A stretch of 64,000 nucleotides of DNA from a bacterium (lineage in GTDB: Bacteria; Patescibacteriota; Minisyncoccia; Phycocordibacterales; Phycocordibacteraceae): assembly GCA_030651285.1 (NCBI GenBank), contig JAUSCN010000013.1, forward strand, positions 28,448 to 92,447, written 5' to 3'. Positions within the stretch are counted from its first letter, which is position 1. Each line of letters opens with the position of its first letter. A program made the translations under genes and the position numbers. The notes under the pieces were generated by a model. The model had not been told where the DNA came from. It saw only the letters and a list, made by a program, of their open reading frames with translations, and made no database searches. Shown piece by piece: positions 25,432-35,392 of the stretch.

Positions 25432-26961
25432 TTATCGCGCGAATTCTACTACTCGATTTTCTCTGATTACGTTTACTTTTATCTCACCCGGATATTTCAA
25501 TTCTTCCTGTATGCGCACCGCAATATCACGAGCCAGTGTATGCATCGCGATGTCTGAAATCTTGCCCGGGTTCACAAACACGCGTATCTCGCGCCCCGCA
25601 GCGATGGCGTACGCCTTTTCTACGCCTTCAAACGTAGCCGCAAGGCGCTCGAGGTCTCCCAGGCGCTCGAGATATCGCTCAACGGTGTCACGACGAGCTC
25701 CAGGACGTCCGCCAGACACCGCATCTGCCACCTGCACAAGGATGGATTCAGGTGTTTCATACGGATATTCCTCATGGTGCGACTGCATCGCCTGAATAAC
25801 ACGCTTATCGACTCCGAATTTCTCAAGGATCCGGCGACCGATCTCGACATGAGTTCCCTGTACTTCATGATCAACAGCCTTGCCTACATCATGAAGAAGA
25901 GCGCCCGCACGTGCAATAGCAGGGTCAGCACCAAGCTCAGTAGCAAGCATGCCGGCGATATGTGCCATTTCTACAGAGTGAGTAAGCACATTCTGGCCGT
26001 AGCTGGTGCGAAAATGCAGTCGCCCGAGAAGCATCGTAAGCTTCGGATCAAGTCCCACAACACCAGCTTCATATGCTGCAGCCTCTCCTTTCTGTTTCAC
26101 AATCTCTCCGATCTCCGCACGAGTCTTCTCCACCGTTTCCTCTATCTTGGTCGGCTGGATGCGTCCATCGACAATAAGCTTCTCAAGCGCTACTTTCGCA
26201 ATAGTGCGGCGGAGCGGGTCAAACGACGAGAGGGTTATGCGATCCGGAGCATCATCAATGATCATTTCAACGCCCGTGGCGCGCTCGAAAGCTTTGATAT
26301 TGCGCCCTTCCTTCCCAATTATCTTTCCCTTCATGTCTTCTGAAGGGAGGGGGACTGAAAACGACATGGTTTCAGCATTCACTGCATTCCCAAGCCGATG
26401 AATCGTACTAATGAGAATTGAGCGTGCTTTATCTTCAAGACGCTCGCGACCATGCGCCTCGAGTTTTTGTAGCCGGAGCAAAATCGCTTCCTCATGCACA
26501 CGCTCTATTTCAGAAAAAAGCTCTTCGCGCGCTTTGTCTTCAGAAAGATGCGCGATGCGCGAAAGATCTTTCGTGCGTTCCGCTACCAACTTCTCTGCCT
26601 CACTTCTGGTGCGCGACACCTCCTGCTCACGACCACGAACCTCGCTTTCTTTCTCGTCCAAATCTTGCTGACGAGTATCAAGAAACCCCTCTCTCGCAAC
26701 GATACGCTCTTCGCGCGCAGCAAGTTTTTCTTCACGATCCTCGACAGAAGCTAGGCGCTCCGTCTCAATAACCTCTCCGCGGAACTCTGCGTCTGCAATA
26801 ATCTTTGCTGCCTGCTCCTTGGCCTGAAGTAGTTTCCGCTTCGTATCGATCTCGACTGAACCGCGCTGCGCAAGACCAATAAGAACACGGAGCACATACC
26901 CGAGCGCAATTCCGCCTACGCCAGAAAGCGCAAGCATTATCAATATGATTTTGAGTGACAT
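25432..26961 (-). CDS. rny: ribonuclease Y
   Basis: N-terminal TM helix, long coiled coil, KH domain (GKIIGKEGRNIKAFE) and HD domain (LLHDVGKA). Confidence 0.93.
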   Translation of the reverse strand: MSLKIILIMLALSGVGGIALGYVLRVLIGLAQRGSVEIDTKRKLLQAKEQAAKIIADAEFRGEVIETERLASVEDREEKLAAREERIVAREGFLDTRQQDLDEKESEVRGREQEVSRTRSEAEKLVAERTKDLSRIAHLSEDKAREELFSEIERVHEEAILLRLQKLEAHGRERLEDKARSILISTIHRLGNAVNAETMSFSVPLPSEDMKGKIIGKEGRNIKAFERATGVEMIIDDAPDRITLSSFDPLRRTIAKVALEKLIVDGRIQPTKIEETVEKTRAEIGEIVKQKGEAAAYEAGVVGLDPKLTMLLGRLHFRTSYGQNVLTHSVEMAHIAGMLATELGADPAIARAGALLHDVGKAVDHEVQGTHVEIGRRILEKFGVDKRVIQAMQSHHEEYPYETPESILVQVADAVSGGRPGARRDTVERYLERLGDLERLAATFEGVEKAYAIAAGREIRVFVNPGKISDIAMHTLARDIAVRIQEELKYPGEIKVNVIRENRVVEFAR

Positions 26962-27078
26962 ACGCCCGTTGTATTAAGTCGTCCCGAACGACGGAACGGT
27001 TGGAAATTCTAAGAAAGGAAGATCTGCGAGACTGTCGGATTGGATGGTCGGCGAGGCAGTACCGGCTGACTGTATCAC

Positions 27079-27111
27079 AAAACGCCGCATGACACAGTCA
27101 TGCGGCGTTTT
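27079..27111. terminator. 15-bp perfect-stem bidirectional terminator downstream of clpP
   Basis: aaaacgccgcatgac-aca-gtcatgcggcgtttt. Confidence 0.75.
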
Positions 27112-27132
27112 GTCTCTAACACTCAAAATTCC

Positions 27133-27732
27133 CTAGAAAACCTTGTCGACGATGCCGTATTTCTTCGCCTCATCTGCCGTCATGAAGAAGTCGCGCTCGA
27201 CGTCTTTCTCGATCTTTGCGAGCGGCTGGTCGGAATTCTTCGCGAGGATCTTGTTCAGCACCGCGCGAAGCTTCAGGATCTGCTTCGCAGTGATCTCGAT
27301 ATCAGTCGCCTGACCCTCGGCACCACCATGCGGCTGATGAATCATCACTTCGGCATGAGGAAGAGCAAATCGCTTTCCTTTCTCGCCCGATGAGAGGAGG
27401 ATTGCCGCGCCGGACGCCGCCATACCGACGCAGACCGTCGAAACCGCTGGTTTGATATGATTCATCGTATCGACCATCGCAAGCGTTGCGGTGACCGAGC
27501 CGCCTGGAGAATTGATGTAGAGCGAAATATCCTTCTTAGGATCCTCTGCTTCGAGGAAAAGAAGCTGTGCGATGACGAGATTCGCAACGTCATCATCAAT
27601 AGGCCCCCCAAGGAAAACGACGCGTTCCTTGAGGAGACGGGAGTATATGTCATATGCGCGCTCGCCGAACTGGCTTTTCTCAACAACCATTGGGACGAGC
27701 ATCGAGGCGCGGAGCTGCATGTTGTTTTTCAT
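27133..27732 (-). CDS. clpP: ATP-dependent Clp protease proteolytic subunit
   Basis: [20 protein letters not shown].., [11 protein letters not shown] (Ser block) and MIHQP (His block). The start is set at the internal Met (MKNNMQL). Confidence 0.92.
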   Translation of the reverse strand: MKNNMQLRASMLVPMVVEKSQFGERAYDIYSRLLKERVVFLGGPIDDDVANLVIAQLLFLEAEDPKKDISLYINSPGGSVTATLAMVDTMNHIKPAVSTVCVGMAASGAAILLSSGEKGKRFALPHAEVMIHQPHGGAEGQATDIEITAKQILKLRAVLNKILAKNSDQPLAKIEKDVERDFFMTADEAKKYGIVDKVF

Positions 27733-27808
27733 AGCGTTAAATGTATTACATTCTGCCGAACTCGGCCAGAATAACACGAAACCCCTTTCGGGGTTTCGTG
27801 AACTGAAC

Positions 27809-28000
27809 TTATTGAGCTTCTACCGCTGAAGGCGGAATATTATTCGTCTCAGCAACCCTCTTACCCCACGCATAGAAGGCACCCCCCACGACCATAAGCA
27901 CAATAACAACAATCGAGATGACAGCACCCCACGACTGCGCCTTCCGCGATGGTATTACAGGATTTACAGTAACGTTCTCCGAGGGCGTCTGTTCATTCAT
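27809..28000 (-). CDS. small single-pass membrane protein
   Basis: 63-aa ORF with one strong TM helix ([22 protein letters not shown]), tightly packed between clpP and ppa. Confidence 0.45.
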   Translation of the reverse strand: MNEQTPSENVTVNPVIPSRKAQSWGAVISIVVIVLMVVGGAFYAWGKRVAETNNIPPSAVEAQ

Positions 28001-28003
28001 AGA

Positions 28004-28522
28004 TTACGTAACCTCAGTATACATCTTCCTCGAACGCTCGTATGCAGCTTCTGCTGCGGCACGGCCCTCAAATTCTCCTACGGTGACCTCTTTCTTCTGG
28101 ATCTGCTTATAGGTTGCGAAAAAGTGCGCGATTTCCTTCAAAACATGCTGATTCGCATCAGTAATATCTTTTACGGAAGCGTAGCGCGGGTCACCCGACG
28201 CGACGGCGATCACCTTTTCATCTGCCTCTCCTCCGTCGATCATGTGCATAATGCCGATTGGACGCACCGAAACGAGAATTCCAGGTGCAAGAGGATAGGT
28301 AGTGAGCACAACCACATCGAGCGCATCACCATCGTCCCAAAGCGTCTGCGGCACGAAGCCGTAGTCAAACGGGTAGTCCTGGGCGCTATGCATCACGCGA
28401 TCAAGTTTGATGATGCCAGTCTTCTTATCGATCTCATACTTATTATGAGATCCCTTCGGAATCTCGATAACCACATTCATTTCTTCCTTCGAACCTGGAT
28501 CAATATCGTGTAGCAAATTCAT
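28004..28522 (-). CDS. ppa: inorganic pyrophosphatase (family I)
   Basis: VVIEIPKGSHNKYEID.., DYGFVPQT, DGDALDVVVL. The start is set at MNLLHDI so that it does not overlap nusA. Confidence 0.92.
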   Translation of the reverse strand: MNLLHDIDPGSKEEMNVVIEIPKGSHNKYEIDKKTGIIKLDRVMHSAQDYPFDYGFVPQTLWDDGDALDVVVLTTYPLAPGILVSVRPIGIMHMIDGGEADEKVIAVASGDPRYASVKDITDANQHVLKEIAHFFATYKQIQKKEVTVGEFEGRAAAEAAYERSRKMYTEVT

Positions 28523-28550
28523 ATGCTCCGAGTATATCGCACTCCCACTA

Positions 28551-29912
28551 TTATTCGTCGGTTGCTTTGTCCCGATCTTCCTCTTTATCAGCAACAGTTT
28601 CATCGCTCGCGGGGAGCGCTGTCAGCTCTTCTTCTGCCGGGAGCGCGTTCTTTTCAGAACCACTGTCCGAAACGTTCTCGATGCTTTCAGTTGGCATAAC
28701 ACCCGCGGCTTCTGCTGGATCTTCATCATTTGGGACCACTGCGACGTTCTCGCCATCAGATTCTGCAATATCATTGCCGCCCGTGGAGACAATATCGATA
28801 TTCCAACCCGTAAGCTTCGCAGCTAGGCGCACGTTCTGTCCGCCACGGCCGATAGCGAGCGACTGCTCATCTTCAGATACGGTCACCATTGCACGATGAT
28901 CGTCTTCATTAAGAACAACCTCTGTCGGCGTAGCAGGGGAGAGAGCCTCCTTCACGAACTCACGAGCATCAGGATTCCACTCAATGATGTCGATGCGTTC
29001 GCCACCAAGCTCGCTCATCACGGTCGATACGCGTACGCCGCGCTGACCAACAAGAGAACCAACAGGGTCGATATGTGCATCGCGAGAAGCAAGTGCGATT
29101 TTTGTTCGGCTTCCCGGCTCACGCGCAAGCGCCTTTACTTCGATAGCACCCGAAGCAAGTTCTGGAGCCTCCTGCTCGAAAAGCTTCACCACGAACTGCG
29201 GATGAGCGCGCGAAAGGCGAAGATATACGCCACGGAAACCCTCATCTACCGCATAGAGATAAGCACGGATGCGCTCGCCCATGCGATAACGCTCTCCTGG
29301 AATCTGTTCCTCGTAAGGAATAATGCCAGTCGTACGACCAAGGTCGACGAAGATAGCGCCGCGCTCCATGCGCTGCACGATACCGCCGACGATCTGACCC
29401 TTTTTCTCTCCGAATTCCTCCATCATCGAGAGTTTCTCGGCCTCGCGCACCTTCTGTATGACTACCTGCTTAGCCGTCTGAGCCGCAATGCGACCGAAAT
29501 CATCCTGCTGCTCGAGAGGGAAGATGATGTCTTCGCCCACGCTTACGCCGCGCTTCATGCGCTTCGCGTCATCAATGAGGATATGCTTCTCAGAGTCAAA
29601 ACGAGGCAATTCACCCTCGGCGAGATACTCCTCTTCAGCATGGAATCCGTGAACATGATGCTCCTCTGGAATAACTTCATCAGGCGTAGGAAAACGCACC
29701 GTCGAGTCGTCTACGACGGTTTTTACCTGCTCAAAGGAGATAGTGCCGGAATTGAGGTCGAGTTTGGCACGTATGACCTGGCCGCGCTTGCCGTACTCGC
29801 GCTTATACGCGGTCGCCATTGCGCTTTCGATGGCCTCGATCATCGTGGCACGACTGATGCCACGATCTTCAAACTCTCCGAGCACTGCATTGATAGTCTT
29901 TAAATCAATCAT
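28551..29912 (-). CDS. nusA: transcription termination/antitermination factor NusA with an acidic C-terminal tail
   Basis: NusA N-terminal domain, S1 domain and two KH domains (GSRTKIALASRDAHIDPVGSLVGQRGVR and AIGRGGQNVRLAAKLTGW). The start is set at MIDLKTI. Confidence 0.92.
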   Translation of the reverse strand: MIDLKTINAVLGEFEDRGISRATMIEAIESAMATAYKREYGKRGQVIRAKLDLNSGTISFEQVKTVVDDSTVRFPTPDEVIPEEHHVHGFHAEEEYLAEGELPRFDSEKHILIDDAKRMKRGVSVGEDIIFPLEQQDDFGRIAAQTAKQVVIQKVREAEKLSMMEEFGEKKGQIVGGIVQRMERGAIFVDLGRTTGIIPYEEQIPGERYRMGERIRAYLYAVDEGFRGVYLRLSRAHPQFVVKLFEQEAPELASGAIEVKALAREPGSRTKIALASRDAHIDPVGSLVGQRGVRVSTVMSELGGERIDIIEWNPDAREFVKEALSPATPTEVVLNEDDHRAMVTVSEDEQSLAIGRGGQNVRLAAKLTGWNIDIVSTGGNDIAESDGENVAVVPNDEDPAEAAGVMPTESIENVSDSGSEKNALPAEEELTALPASDETVADKEEDRDKATDE

Positions 29913-30052
29913 ATGGAATATGTATGTCGCACTTTTTAATAAGAAAGTCCGCGGAGCGGACTTCACTTGCCGATTAGTATACCAGATGCTCGCAAAGCGT
30001 CAATAATCAGTGAAATTCGCATCTTGCGTGGGGCTGAGCACGGTATACTTTA

Positions 30053-31810
30053 TTGCATATGCACGTTTCGGAAGCTGAATTGAAAGAATTCATCATCGAT
30101 TCTGGTCTCGTCGCGAAAAAAGAAATTGACTCTGCTGCAGAAGAGGCGACAGAAAAGGGCCGATCTCTCGGTGACATTCTTGTTTCGCGCGGTTCTCTGA
30201 CCGAAGACGCCTTGCGCCGCATTCAGGCATACGTCCTCGGCATTCCTTTCGTAAACCTGAAAGACAGTCACATAGTTGTCGACACTCTTGCACTCATTCC
30301 GGAACCGATCGCACGCACGCACAACATCATCGCGTTCCGAAAGGAGAATGATTCGCTCGAAGTAGCGATGCTCGATGTTGATGACCTCGCCTCCATCGAC
30401 TCAGTACGCAAGAAGACCGGGCTCAAGATATTGCCACGCCTCACTGATACCGACAGTATCAAGTTTGCGCTTCTGCAATACCAGAAGTCGCTCAAAGACG
30501 AGTTCGGCGACATCATCTCAGCCGAAGCAGGGAAAATACGCATAGTCGCCAAGGACGGAAGCGATCCATCAGGAGAAGACCTTAAAAAAATGGCGGAAGA
30601 TCTGCCAATCATGCGCATCGTGGACACACTTCTGCGACACGCTATCGTGCAAGATGCGTCCGACATCCACATCGAACCAATGGAAAATGAAGTGCTCGTC
30701 CGCTACCGCATCGACGGCATTCTGCATGATGCAATGACACTCCCGAAAACCGCGGCAGCAGGCATCGTCGCCCGCATAAAGGTCCTCTCGAACCTGAAAC
30801 TCGACGAGAAGCGCCTCCCGCAAGATGGACGATTTAAAATGGAGACTGAGGCTGATCAAGTTTCGTTTCGCGTGTCGATGCTTCCTACATTCTTCGGAGA
30901 AAAAACTGTGATGCGTCTCCTGCGAGAGACCGCCGGAGAAGGCTTCACGCTCGACGCACTCGGGCTCCATGGCGAAAGCATGGAACGCATCCATCACGCA
31001 CTCAAACAGACGACAGGCATTATTCTCATCTCAGGACCGACTGGCTCCGGAAAGACGACAACGCTCTACACGATGCTCGACATCCTCAACAAGCCGGATG
31101 TAAACATCTCGACGGTCGAAGACCCGATCGAATACCAGATGAAGCGTGTCAATCAGACGCAAGTAAATCCGCAAATAGGATTCACCTTCGCAAACGGACT
31201 TCGATCACTCGTGCGCCAGGACCCGGACATTATCATGGTGGGGGAGATCCGCGACAGCGAAACAGCCTCGCTCGCGATCAACGCCGCTCTCACTGGCCAC
31301 CTCGTGCTCTCCACCATCCACACGAACAGCGCTGCTGGAGCTATTCCGCGCCTCATCGACATGGGCGTCGAACCGTTCCTCCTCGCATCTACCATACGCG
31401 TCGTCGTGGGACAGCGTCTTGTGCGCAGACTTTGTGAAAGCAAAGAGGCATACAACCTCGATAAGGCGCCGCGCGCAAAAATCGCGAGCGATGAAGAGTT
31501 CGAGACAGCATTCCGCGCGCTCGAGGAAGAGAAGATTATCAAGAAAAACACTGCCCTTGATGACATTCCTTTCTACCGACCGGTTGCCACGGCAGATTGC
31601 CCAGATGGTTACAAGAGTCGTATTGGTATCCACGAAGTACTCACCGTTTCTCCAGCAATACGCGAGATCATGCTTCGCTCGAGCACAACCGATGCTCTCG
31701 AAGCACAAGCAAAGAAAGAGGGAATGCTCACAATGTTCGAGGACGGTCTCTACAAAGCAGCGCGCGGCATAACAAGTGTCGAGGAAGTTCTTCGCGCCAT
31801 CAGCGAATAA
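30053..31810 (+). CDS. pilB: GspE/PilB-family type IV pilus assembly ATPase
   Basis: GSPII_E N-terminal domain, Walker A GPTGSGKTTT, Asp/His boxes, and a C-terminal tetracysteine-like region. Confidence 0.9.
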   Translation: MHMHVSEAELKEFIIDSGLVAKKEIDSAAEEATEKGRSLGDILVSRGSLTEDALRRIQAYVLGIPFVNLKDSHIVVDTLALIPEPIARTHNIIAFRKENDSLEVAMLDVDDLASIDSVRKKTGLKILPRLTDTDSIKFALLQYQKSLKDEFGDIISAEAGKIRIVAKDGSDPSGEDLKKMAEDLPIMRIVDTLLRHAIVQDASDIHIEPMENEVLVRYRIDGILHDAMTLPKTAAAGIVARIKVLSNLKLDEKRLPQDGRFKMETEADQVSFRVSMLPTFFGEKTVMRLLRETAGEGFTLDALGLHGESMERIHHALKQTTGIILISGPTGSGKTTTLYTMLDILNKPDVNISTVEDPIEYQMKRVNQTQVNPQIGFTFANGLRSLVRQDPDIIMVGEIRDSETASLAINAALTGHLVLSTIHTNSAAGAIPRLIDMGVEPFLLASTIRVVVGQRLVRRLCESKEAYNLDKAPRAKIASDEEFETAFRALEEEKIIKKNTALDDIPFYRPVATADCPDGYKSRIGIHEVLTVSPAIREIMLRSSTTDALEAQAKKEGMLTMFEDGLYKAARGITSVEEVLRAISE

Positions 31811-31812
31811 TC

Positions 31813-33027
31813 ATGAAATTCCGAGCAAAAATACGAAAGGGCGGCGCTGATGAGTACACGAAAATCATCGAGGCGCCTTCCCGTTTTGCCGTATACGAAC
31901 AAGTACAGAAGGAAGGCGGCTTCGTAGTCGAACTCACGGAGGGGGATGGACGACTTAGACTTCCATCGTGGCTGTATTACAGCATCGGGACGGGCATCAA
32001 GCGCACCGAGATAATCCGTCTAGCAAAAAATCTCTCAGCAATGCTTGGTGCAGGTCTTGCTCTCTCACGCGCGCTTTCAGTCATCGAGCGGCAATCAAGC
32101 AACAAGCACCTGAAAACCGTCGTCACGGATATTTCCGAATCGATCAAGAAAGGCACATCATTCCATGCTGCCCTGGGAAAGTATCCAAAGGTGTTCCCGG
32201 CGCTTTTTGTCGCAATGGTTCGAGCCGGAGAAGAATCCGGATCGCTTTCTGATTCGCTCACGATAATCGGCGTCCAAATGGAGCGCTCCGAAGAGCTTAT
32301 ACGCAAGGTTAAAGGCGCGATGATCTATCCGTCGATCGTGATATCAGCAGTCCTCATCGTCGCAGTTCTGATGCTCATATTTGTCGTACCAACACTCACG
32401 AAGACATTTACTCAGCTCGGGGTGCAAGTACCTCTTGCAACGCGCGTTATCGTAGCCATTTCAAATTTTATGGCCGAGAACGTGATGGTAGTTTTCTTAG
32501 GGCTCGTTTCACTCATAATCGGCGGCATTGCATTCGTCCGCTCAAAAGAGGGGAGCGCAATCGTGCTTTCAACCTCTCTGTACATACCTATTATCGGAGA
32601 GCTTGTGCGAGAGACCTTCGCGGCTCGCGCATCACGCACAATCTCCTCGCTTCTTGCGTCGGGAGTACCGGTCCTTGATGCGCTCGCCATCACCAAAGAA
32701 GTCGTGCATGCTGGAGCATTCGCGAAAGTAGTTTCCGAAGCTGAGGAGCGCGTAAAAAAGGGGGAGCCGCTGTCTTCAGCATTTGTCGAACATTCAAAGC
32801 TCTACCCGATCCTGATGGGCGACATGCTCTCAGTGGGAGAGGAGACCGGAAAGGTCGCAGAAATGCTCCGACAGGTCGCAGAATTCTATGAGGCGGACGT
32901 CGCCGAGAGGACAAAAGACCTCTCTACCATCATCGAACCAATCCTCATGCTCGTCATCGGTTCATTCGTCGGCATCTTTGCAGTCTCGATGATCGCTCCG
33001 ATCTACTCGCTCTCCTCTGCCTTCTGA
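31813..33027 (+). CDS. pilC: GspF/PilC-family platform protein
   Basis: Two T2SS-F repeats with 3 TM helices. ATG lies 3 nt after the pilB stop. The longer track ORF from 31597 overlaps pilB and was trimmed. Confidence 0.9.
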   Translation: MKFRAKIRKGGADEYTKIIEAPSRFAVYEQVQKEGGFVVELTEGDGRLRLPSWLYYSIGTGIKRTEIIRLAKNLSAMLGAGLALSRALSVIERQSSNKHLKTVVTDISESIKKGTSFHAALGKYPKVFPALFVAMVRAGEESGSLSDSLTIIGVQMERSEELIRKVKGAMIYPSIVISAVLIVAVLMLIFVVPTLTKTFTQLGVQVPLATRVIVAISNFMAENVMVVFLGLVSLIIGGIAFVRSKEGSAIVLSTSLYIPIIGELVRETFAARASRTISSLLASGVPVLDALAITKEVVHAGAFAKVVSEAEERVKKGEPLSSAFVEHSKLYPILMGDMLSVGEETGKVAEMLRQVAEFYEADVAERTKDLSTIIEPILMLVIGSFVGIFAVSMIAPIYSLSSAF

Positions 33028-33028
33028 T

Positions 33029-33412
33029 ATGCACCTATCTCGCGGATTCTCGCTCATAGAAGTCACGGTTACGATCTTCATCGTTGGAATCCTGCTCCTT
33101 CTTCTCCAGGCAGTACTGCAGAGCAGCGTGCTCGTGCGCACAACGAAAAGCCAAGGGATCGCGCTTACTATTACCCGCAACGAGCTTGAGATACTGCGCG
33201 CCAGCGGCTATGCAGCCCTCCCACCAAGCGGCTCATTCTCAAACAGCCTCTTGAGCACGGTTCCTTCGGCAACAACGACACTCACAGTGAGTACTTACAA
33301 TGCCGGGACGAAACAGGTGATTGTGAGTGTCATCTGGAGAGAGCCGGGATCATCCGCTTCGAGCACCGTATCGCTCTCCACGCTTATCACTCACACTGGC
33401 GGACTTCCATGA
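33029..33412 (+). CDS. prepilin-type (type IV pilin-like) protein
   Basis: RG/FSLIEV cleavage-methylation motif with Glu+5, followed by a hydrophobic helix. Confidence 0.8.
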   Translation: MHLSRGFSLIEVTVTIFIVGILLLLLQAVLQSSVLVRTTKSQGIALTITRNELEILRASGYAALPPSGSFSNSLLSTVPSATTTLTVSTYNAGTKQVIVSVIWREPGSSASSTVSLSTLITHTGGLP

Positions 33413-33978
33413 CACTCACCCCCGCAAAGACAGCTCGCGCTTTCACACTTATCGAGACCGTGATCGTCGTCACGATCAGCGCCATCATGTTTACCACCAT
33501 TAGTGTCCTGATATACGACCTCAACAAGACTTCTGAATATCAGCAAACCGTCCTTCAGTCATCCGGCTCAGCAAGCGCGCTCGTAAAAGAAATAGAGTCC
33601 TTAGCTCTTCCGGCTGATGCTGTGCTCCAAACGCACACGTTTTCGGGCATAACCCGCACATCCACTTCGACCACACTCGTCCTTGAAATACCTTCCATCG
33701 ACAGCTCGGGAAACATCGTGCCGAGCGCGCATGACTATGCCGCCTTTTACACTGCGGGGACAGATGCGTATCGCATTCTTGAGGCAAATGCTTCGAGCCA
33801 GCGTGTCTCTGGCACAAAAAAACTCAGTTCCACGGTGAACTCGCTAACATTCTCTTATAATAATACTGACTTCTCTCAAGTAGACACTGTCATCGTCGAT
33901 GCGCAGATGCGGGCCCAGGTTAAGCAGGAACTCATCTATGATCACCGGCAACAGCAAATCCGCCTACGCAATCACTAA
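33409..33978 (+). CDS. prepilin-type (type IV pilin-like) protein
   Basis: A/FTLIETVIVV motif. ATGA overlap with the upstream gene. Confidence 0.75.
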   Translation: MTLTPAKTARAFTLIETVIVVTISAIMFTTISVLIYDLNKTSEYQQTVLQSSGSASALVKEIESLALPADAVLQTHTFSGITRTSTSTTLVLEIPSIDSSGNIVPSAHDYAAFYTAGTDAYRILEANASSQRVSGTKKLSSTVNSLTFSYNNTDFSQVDTVIVDAQMRAQVKQELIYDHRQQQIRLRNH

Positions 33979-33987
33979 TCCATTTAT

Positions 33988-35322
33988 ATGCGCCACACTT
34001 CCCGCACAGCAGCCCTAAACCAAGGCTATATCCTTGTATTAGCCCTCGTATTCCTCGGCATTTTTTTCACAGCGTCCGCAGCATATCTGAATTTCGTGAC
34101 CACATCGGCACGAAGTGCACGAGTAGATATCGCACAATCGCAAGCACTCGCGATCGCTGAAGCAGGCATGAACAAGGCTGTGTACCAGCTGAACCAAAAC
34201 CCTTCATACACCGGAGAGACCAACACCACATTCGGGGAAGGGGTATTTACCGTAACCGTTTCGAATATAAACTCCGTCACCAAACGAGTCACGGCGACAG
34301 GATATGTACCAAACAGCACGAACCCTACGGCGACAAAAACCATCAAGGCAGATGTGGGCATTAACGGTGCTGTCGTGTCGTTTCGCTACGGAGTTCAGGC
34401 GGGAATGGGAGGATTTTCGCTCGAAAATACTTCTTCCATAACGGGAAACGTATACTCTGGCGGATCCGTCATTGGGAGTAGTCAGAACTATATATATGGT
34501 GATGTCATCTCAGCAGGACCAAGCGGGGTCGTGTATGGCATCCATGCAACAAGTTCAGTGTACGCTCATACTATTGGAAATACTTCTAAAACCACCATCG
34601 TCGATAAAAACGCCTACTACGCAACAAGTAAAGTGAACACCACAGTAGGGGGAACTTCGTATCCAAACAGCCCCGACCAGGCAACTACATCATTACCGAT
34701 CTCAGATGCACAGATCGCGGAATGGGAGACTATAGCCGCCAATGGCGGCACCGCAGCGTGCTCGAGTGGTTCCTATGCCATTTTGTCTGGTGCCGTAAGT
34801 CTTGGGCCCGTAAAAATCCCTTGCAACCTGACCATCAGCGGTACTTCCGTAGTGACACTGAACGGACACGTTTGGGTTACGGGAAATATCATCATTCAAA
34901 ACTCTGCTGTGGTGAAAATAGCACCATCTTTGGGTGCCGAAAACATCACCATCATCGCTGACAATCCTTCAAACAGACTTACCAGCAGCACAATAGCTGT
35001 AAAAAATACGGCTAGCTTTCAAGGCTCAGGAACGGCTGGCTCATTTATTCTACTCGTCTCTCAGAACAACAGTGCCGAGAACGGAGGCTCAGTCAATGCT
35101 ATTGAATTAGAGAACAGCGTTTCGGCAATGATCGCGTATGCGGCTCACGGACTTATCCCGCTCGAGAACACTGTTTCTCTGAAAGAAGTCACAGCGTATA
35201 AGATCACTTTGAAAAACTCAGCTAACGTACGGTACGACACCGGACTTATAAGCACCGTGTTCGATTCTGGACCAGGCGGAAGCTGGAGCTTCATTCCTGG
35301 CACCTACGCGATTACACGGTAG
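33988..35322 (+). CDS. PilX-N-like large minor pilin / tip protein with beta-helix-like repeats
   Basis: N-terminus GYILVLALVFLGIFFTASAAYL..AQSQALAIAEAGMNKAV. The C-terminus is rich in repetitive G/S/T/V strands. Confidence 0.6.
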   Translation: MRHTSRTAALNQGYILVLALVFLGIFFTASAAYLNFVTTSARSARVDIAQSQALAIAEAGMNKAVYQLNQNPSYTGETNTTFGEGVFTVTVSNINSVTKRVTATGYVPNSTNPTATKTIKADVGINGAVVSFRYGVQAGMGGFSLENTSSITGNVYSGGSVIGSSQNYIYGDVISAGPSGVVYGIHATSSVYAHTIGNTSKTTIVDKNAYYATSKVNTTVGGTSYPNSPDQATTSLPISDAQIAEWETIAANGGTAACSSGSYAILSGAVSLGPVKIPCNLTISGTSVVTLNGHVWVTGNIIIQNSAVVKIAPSLGAENITIIADNPSNRLTSSTIAVKNTASFQGSGTAGSFILLVSQNNSAENGGSVNAIELENSVSAMIAYAAHGLIPLENTVSLKEVTAYKITLKNSANVRYDTGLISTVFDSGPGGSWSFIPGTYAITR

Positions 35323-35392
35323 GGTATAGTCCTCCCCATCTGTCGAAATCTGCAGCCCACGGAATATTCCGCAGGCTGCTATACTTTCTTTT

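Noticed and set aside
28896-29903. 335-aa plus-strand ORF
   Set aside because: It is antisense to nusA, whose translation is unmistakable. It is a shadow ORF.
31597-31812. 5' extension of the pilC ORF given in the track
   Set aside because: The extension overlaps the pilB 3' end out of frame and translates to an Arg/Ser-rich peptide. The ATG at 31813, directly after the pilB stop, gives a normal PilC N-terminus. I applied similar trimming to clpP, ppa, nusA, HIT, recJ, sod, ruvC, tsaE, dnaA, rpsO and PrgI.
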